A DNA stretch of 64,000 nt from an uncultured Candidatus Saccharibacteria bacterium (GTDB taxonomy: Bacteria; Patescibacteriota; Saccharimonadia; Saccharimonadales; UBA10212). The stretch covers positions 59,868-123,867 of the forward strand of contig CAYWQH010000001.1 in NCBI GenBank assembly GCA_964460855.1, written 5' to 3'. Shown in pieces: positions 61,719 to 64,000 of this stretch (positions are counted from its first letter, which is position 1; each line of letters opens with the position of its first letter). Position numbers and translations under genes: made by a program. The notes under the pieces are model-generated. The model ran no database searches and was not told the origin of the DNA. It worked only from the letters and a program-made list of their open reading frames with translations.

Positions 61719-62571
61719 ATTCTATTATCTTAGTCGCCACATCGCGTTTAGTCACTTTTTCAGGGGTTTTGAGGCTGGCAGAGGAGTTAACTTCCAGTAC
61801 TAAAGAGCCCCGGTCGGAGCGCATCATATCGACGCCGCAGATTGGCAGGCCCATGGCCTTGGCGGCTTTAACGGCCGTCCTTTCTTCTTCGGGAGTGAGT
61901 TTTACGGCCCGGCCGTCACCGCCCTGGTGGGTATTGGAACGGAAATCTTCGTCCAGGCTCTGGCGTTTCATACTGGCCACGACTTGGCCGCCGACCACCA
62001 GCGCCCGGATATCCGTACCGGCAGACTCTTTGACAAACTCTTGCACCAAAAAGCTCACGCCTTCGACATAAAAAGCCTGCATTACAGCTTTGGCCGCTTT
62101 GGGCGTTTCGGCTAATACCACGCCGTTGCCGTGGGTGCCGCGGGCAACTTTAACAATTAACGGCGTGCCGCCGGCCAATTGGATAACGTTATCAAAATCT
62201 ACGGTTTCGCGGGCTAATACGGTTTTAGGGATACCTACCCCGGCTTTGCCTAAAATCTGGTAGGCCCGAAGCTTGTCGCGCGAACGGTTAATGGCCAGTG
62301 AAGTAGCCGTAGTGAATACTCCCTGCAGCTCGAACTGGCGGACAATGGCCGTACCGTATTTCGTATAACTCTGGGCGATACGCGGGATAATGGCGTCGAA
62401 TCCGGTGAGTGCTTCACTCTTGTAATAAACAACCGGCGTATTTTTCTCGACGGTAACATAACATTTGGCATAGTTAATTATTTTAACTTCGTGCCCGCGC
62501 TCAATAGCCACTTCTTTCAAGCGTTTCGTTGTATAGTTGGCGGCACCTTTGGATAGAATGGCGATTTTCAT
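61666..62571 (-). CDS. rimK: RimK-family alpha-L-glutamate ligase (ATP-grasp)
   Basis: MKIAILSKG..TKRLKEVAIERGHEV..PLIVKVARGTHGNGV..CGVDMMRSDRGSLVLEVNSS. Confidence 0.9.
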   Translation of the reverse strand: MKIAILSKGAANYTTKRLKEVAIERGHEVKIINYAKCYVTVEKNTPVVYYKSEALTGFDAIIPRIAQSYTKYGTAIVRQFELQGVFTTATSLAINRSRDKLRAYQILGKAGVGIPKTVLARETVDFDNVIQLAGGTPLIVKVARGTHGNGVVLAETPKAAKAVMQAFYVEGVSFLVQEFVKESAGTDIRALVVGGQVVASMKRQSLDEDFRSNTHQGGDGRAVKLTPEEERTAVKAAKAMGLPICGVDMMRSDRGSLVLEVNSSASLKTPEKVTKRDVATKIIEYVEHNAKQRRRKDKVGA

Positions 62572-62572
62572 T

Positions 62573-63967
62573 TTACGAGCTCCTTTGCAATAAGCGCCGC
62601 ATGCTGGCCGTTCGGGCTTTTTCGGCGGCCACTAATGGCTTTCCTATCTTAACATTGACGATAAAGTTCCCGCTCAGTACATTTCTGCCGACTAATATCG
62701 GATAGGTCATTTGCGAGCGGTCGGTAAGGGTGAATGCAACTCGCATCTTTTTGCCTTTGAGGCTGATTACCAGCCTTACTTTGTAACGCTTTTCTAACTT
62801 GCCGTTTGAGCTGGCGACCACGGTTTCGGAAAAAGCTTTGGTACTGATTACCTGGCCGGTGTAAAACGGGCTGCCTTTGCCGAATAATTTAAAGCTCAAC
62901 TTGCCGTCTTTTGCCAGCTTTATATCGCTGGCCCAGATGGCCGATGTCTTAGCGCCGGTGTCAATACGGGAACGGACCGAAATTTCGTAATCCGGCAGGC
63001 GTATGGATTCTACGCGGCCAACGTGAAGCATACGGCCGCCATTGGGCGATTTAGCCGGCGTGCGGGCTAAAATATCGTCTAGGGCTTCAGTATATGCCCG
63101 TAATTTTTTAGGCCCGAAAGCGCCGGTTGCTAATTGCGGGGCCCGGTTAACTTCTAAAATATAGTGGCGGCCGTTCTCTTTATTTATAACAATATCAACT
63201 CCGGCTACTTCCAGTTCTTCCAAACGGGCGGCCAGCCGGCTGTCGCGCAATATCTTTTTACTGAACTTATCAAGGCTATAGGATTTAGCCGTGCCGCCCT
63301 GGGAGGTGTTGTTAAGGTGAGAACCACTGACGCTCTGACGATGTATTGCCAGCCGTGGCTTGTAATTTAATACCAGGATCCGATAGTCGCCATCGTTAGG
63401 GATAAAGTTTTGGGCGACAAACGAAATATCCGGGCTGCCATCTATTTTTCCCAGTAGCTCATTGAGGTTTTTAACCAGGTAGTTGTCGCGGCCTTTGCGT
63501 CCAAAATCGGCTTTTAATATTACCGGAAAGTTAAATGGCGGGTCGGTTTTAAAGACTTTTTCGAATACTTCGCGGCTGCCATGGAAAGTTTTTGGAACCG
63601 GCAAGTTATTGGCGGAACGCAAGAAGGCGCCAACTAATTTGCCTTTGCTCTGGGTTAACAGGTAAGAATCTATAAAGGCGGTGCCGGTCATATAGGCATA
63701 ATGCGCAGTCGCGATGCCTAATTCTATTTCTGAGCCTACAACGCGGAAGACAACCAAATCAAAATCGGCGACATCCCAGCCTTTTTCGGGATGCCAAACG
63801 CGCGAACGGTAGCCATCGGCCAAGTATGCCAATTCGCTAAAAAAGGCGTTCTCAACCGAATATTTGCCTTTTAGCAATTTAGTCACCGAACTAATAAACA
63901 GTTGGTGGCCGGGATAGTTCGACGCGCTTTCGCTAATGTAATTTGTTAGTATCAGTACTTTTTTCAT
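62573..63967 (-). CDS. Fusion protein: ATP-grasp ligase domain plus C-terminal COG4067/DUF785 retropepsin-like (RimB-type) domain
   Basis: N-terminal ATP-grasp (FPVILKADFGRKGRDN.., AGVDIVINKENGRHYILEVNRAP). C-terminal ..RIDTGAKTSAIWA..YPILVGRNVL. Its stop codon lies 1 nt before the rimK start. Confidence 0.7.
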   Translation of the reverse strand: MKKVLILTNYISESASNYPGHQLFISSVTKLLKGKYSVENAFFSELAYLADGYRSRVWHPEKGWDVADFDLVVFRVVGSEIELGIATAHYAYMTGTAFIDSYLLTQSKGKLVGAFLRSANNLPVPKTFHGSREVFEKVFKTDPPFNFPVILKADFGRKGRDNYLVKNLNELLGKIDGSPDISFVAQNFIPNDGDYRILVLNYKPRLAIHRQSVSGSHLNNTSQGGTAKSYSLDKFSKKILRDSRLAARLEELEVAGVDIVINKENGRHYILEVNRAPQLATGAFGPKKLRAYTEALDDILARTPAKSPNGGRMLHVGRVESIRLPDYEISVRSRIDTGAKTSAIWASDIKLAKDGKLSFKLFGKGSPFYTGQVISTKAFSETVVASSNGKLEKRYKVRLVISLKGKKMRVAFTLTDRSQMTYPILVGRNVLSGNFIVNVKIGKPLVAAEKARTASMRRLLQRSS

Positions 63968-64000
63968 GGTTATTGGTCCTATTATAGCTATGGCGCCAGG

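Noticed and set aside
1-64000. An alternative genetic code (UGA recoding, as in some candidate-phyla lineages).
   Set aside because: TGA terminates well-defined genes here (for example pilM at 18568-18570 and the DUF457 gene at 9131-9133) in ATGA start/stop overlaps. Conserved proteins translate in full length under the standard code.

Overview
This is a gene-dense bacterial chromosome segment read with the standard genetic code (TGA is used as a stop, for example in ATGA start/stop overlaps). The gene set suggests a small-genome, monoderm-type, surface-oriented bacterium, possibly a Patescibacteria/CPR (Saccharibacteria-like) lineage. That taxonomic guess is inference only. Clear core genes: rny, tsaB/tsaE, recA-(DUF457)-recX, ruvA/ruvB/ruvC, yebC, ftsH, tilS, a tRNA-dihydrouridine synthase, tatA/tatC, comEC and rimK. 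There is a complete-looking type IV pilus operon (pilB, pilC, pilA, three minor pilins, pilM/N/O) at 11.3-20.2 kb. There are six tRNA genes: Pro-CGG, Pro-UGG, Met, Ile2-CAU, fMet and Lys-UUU. Accessory content is concentrated at 25.7-30.3 kb and 31.2-44.8 kb, plus patches at 50-58.7 kb. The observations I rate highest: (1) a 746-aa membrane protein next to comEC whose C-terminus is a gapless paralogue of the PilA head domain but which has no prepilin leader. (2) An orphan phage-tail-fibre-like 857-aa protein with 243-nt tandem repeats, whose central module recurs in a second secreted protein. (3) A conserved ~200-nt non-coding module attached to the 3' ends of tRNA-Met and tRNA-Lys in inverted orientation 27 kb apart, together with tRNA-Lys att-like duplications. 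(4) A small transcription unit with a consensus promoter and terminator encoding a 31-aa peptide. (5) A near-consensus but single-arginine Tat signal on a 67-aa protein beside tatAC. No CRISPR array, rRNA, transposase or integrase was seen. All similarity statements come from reading and hand alignment; no database search was run.
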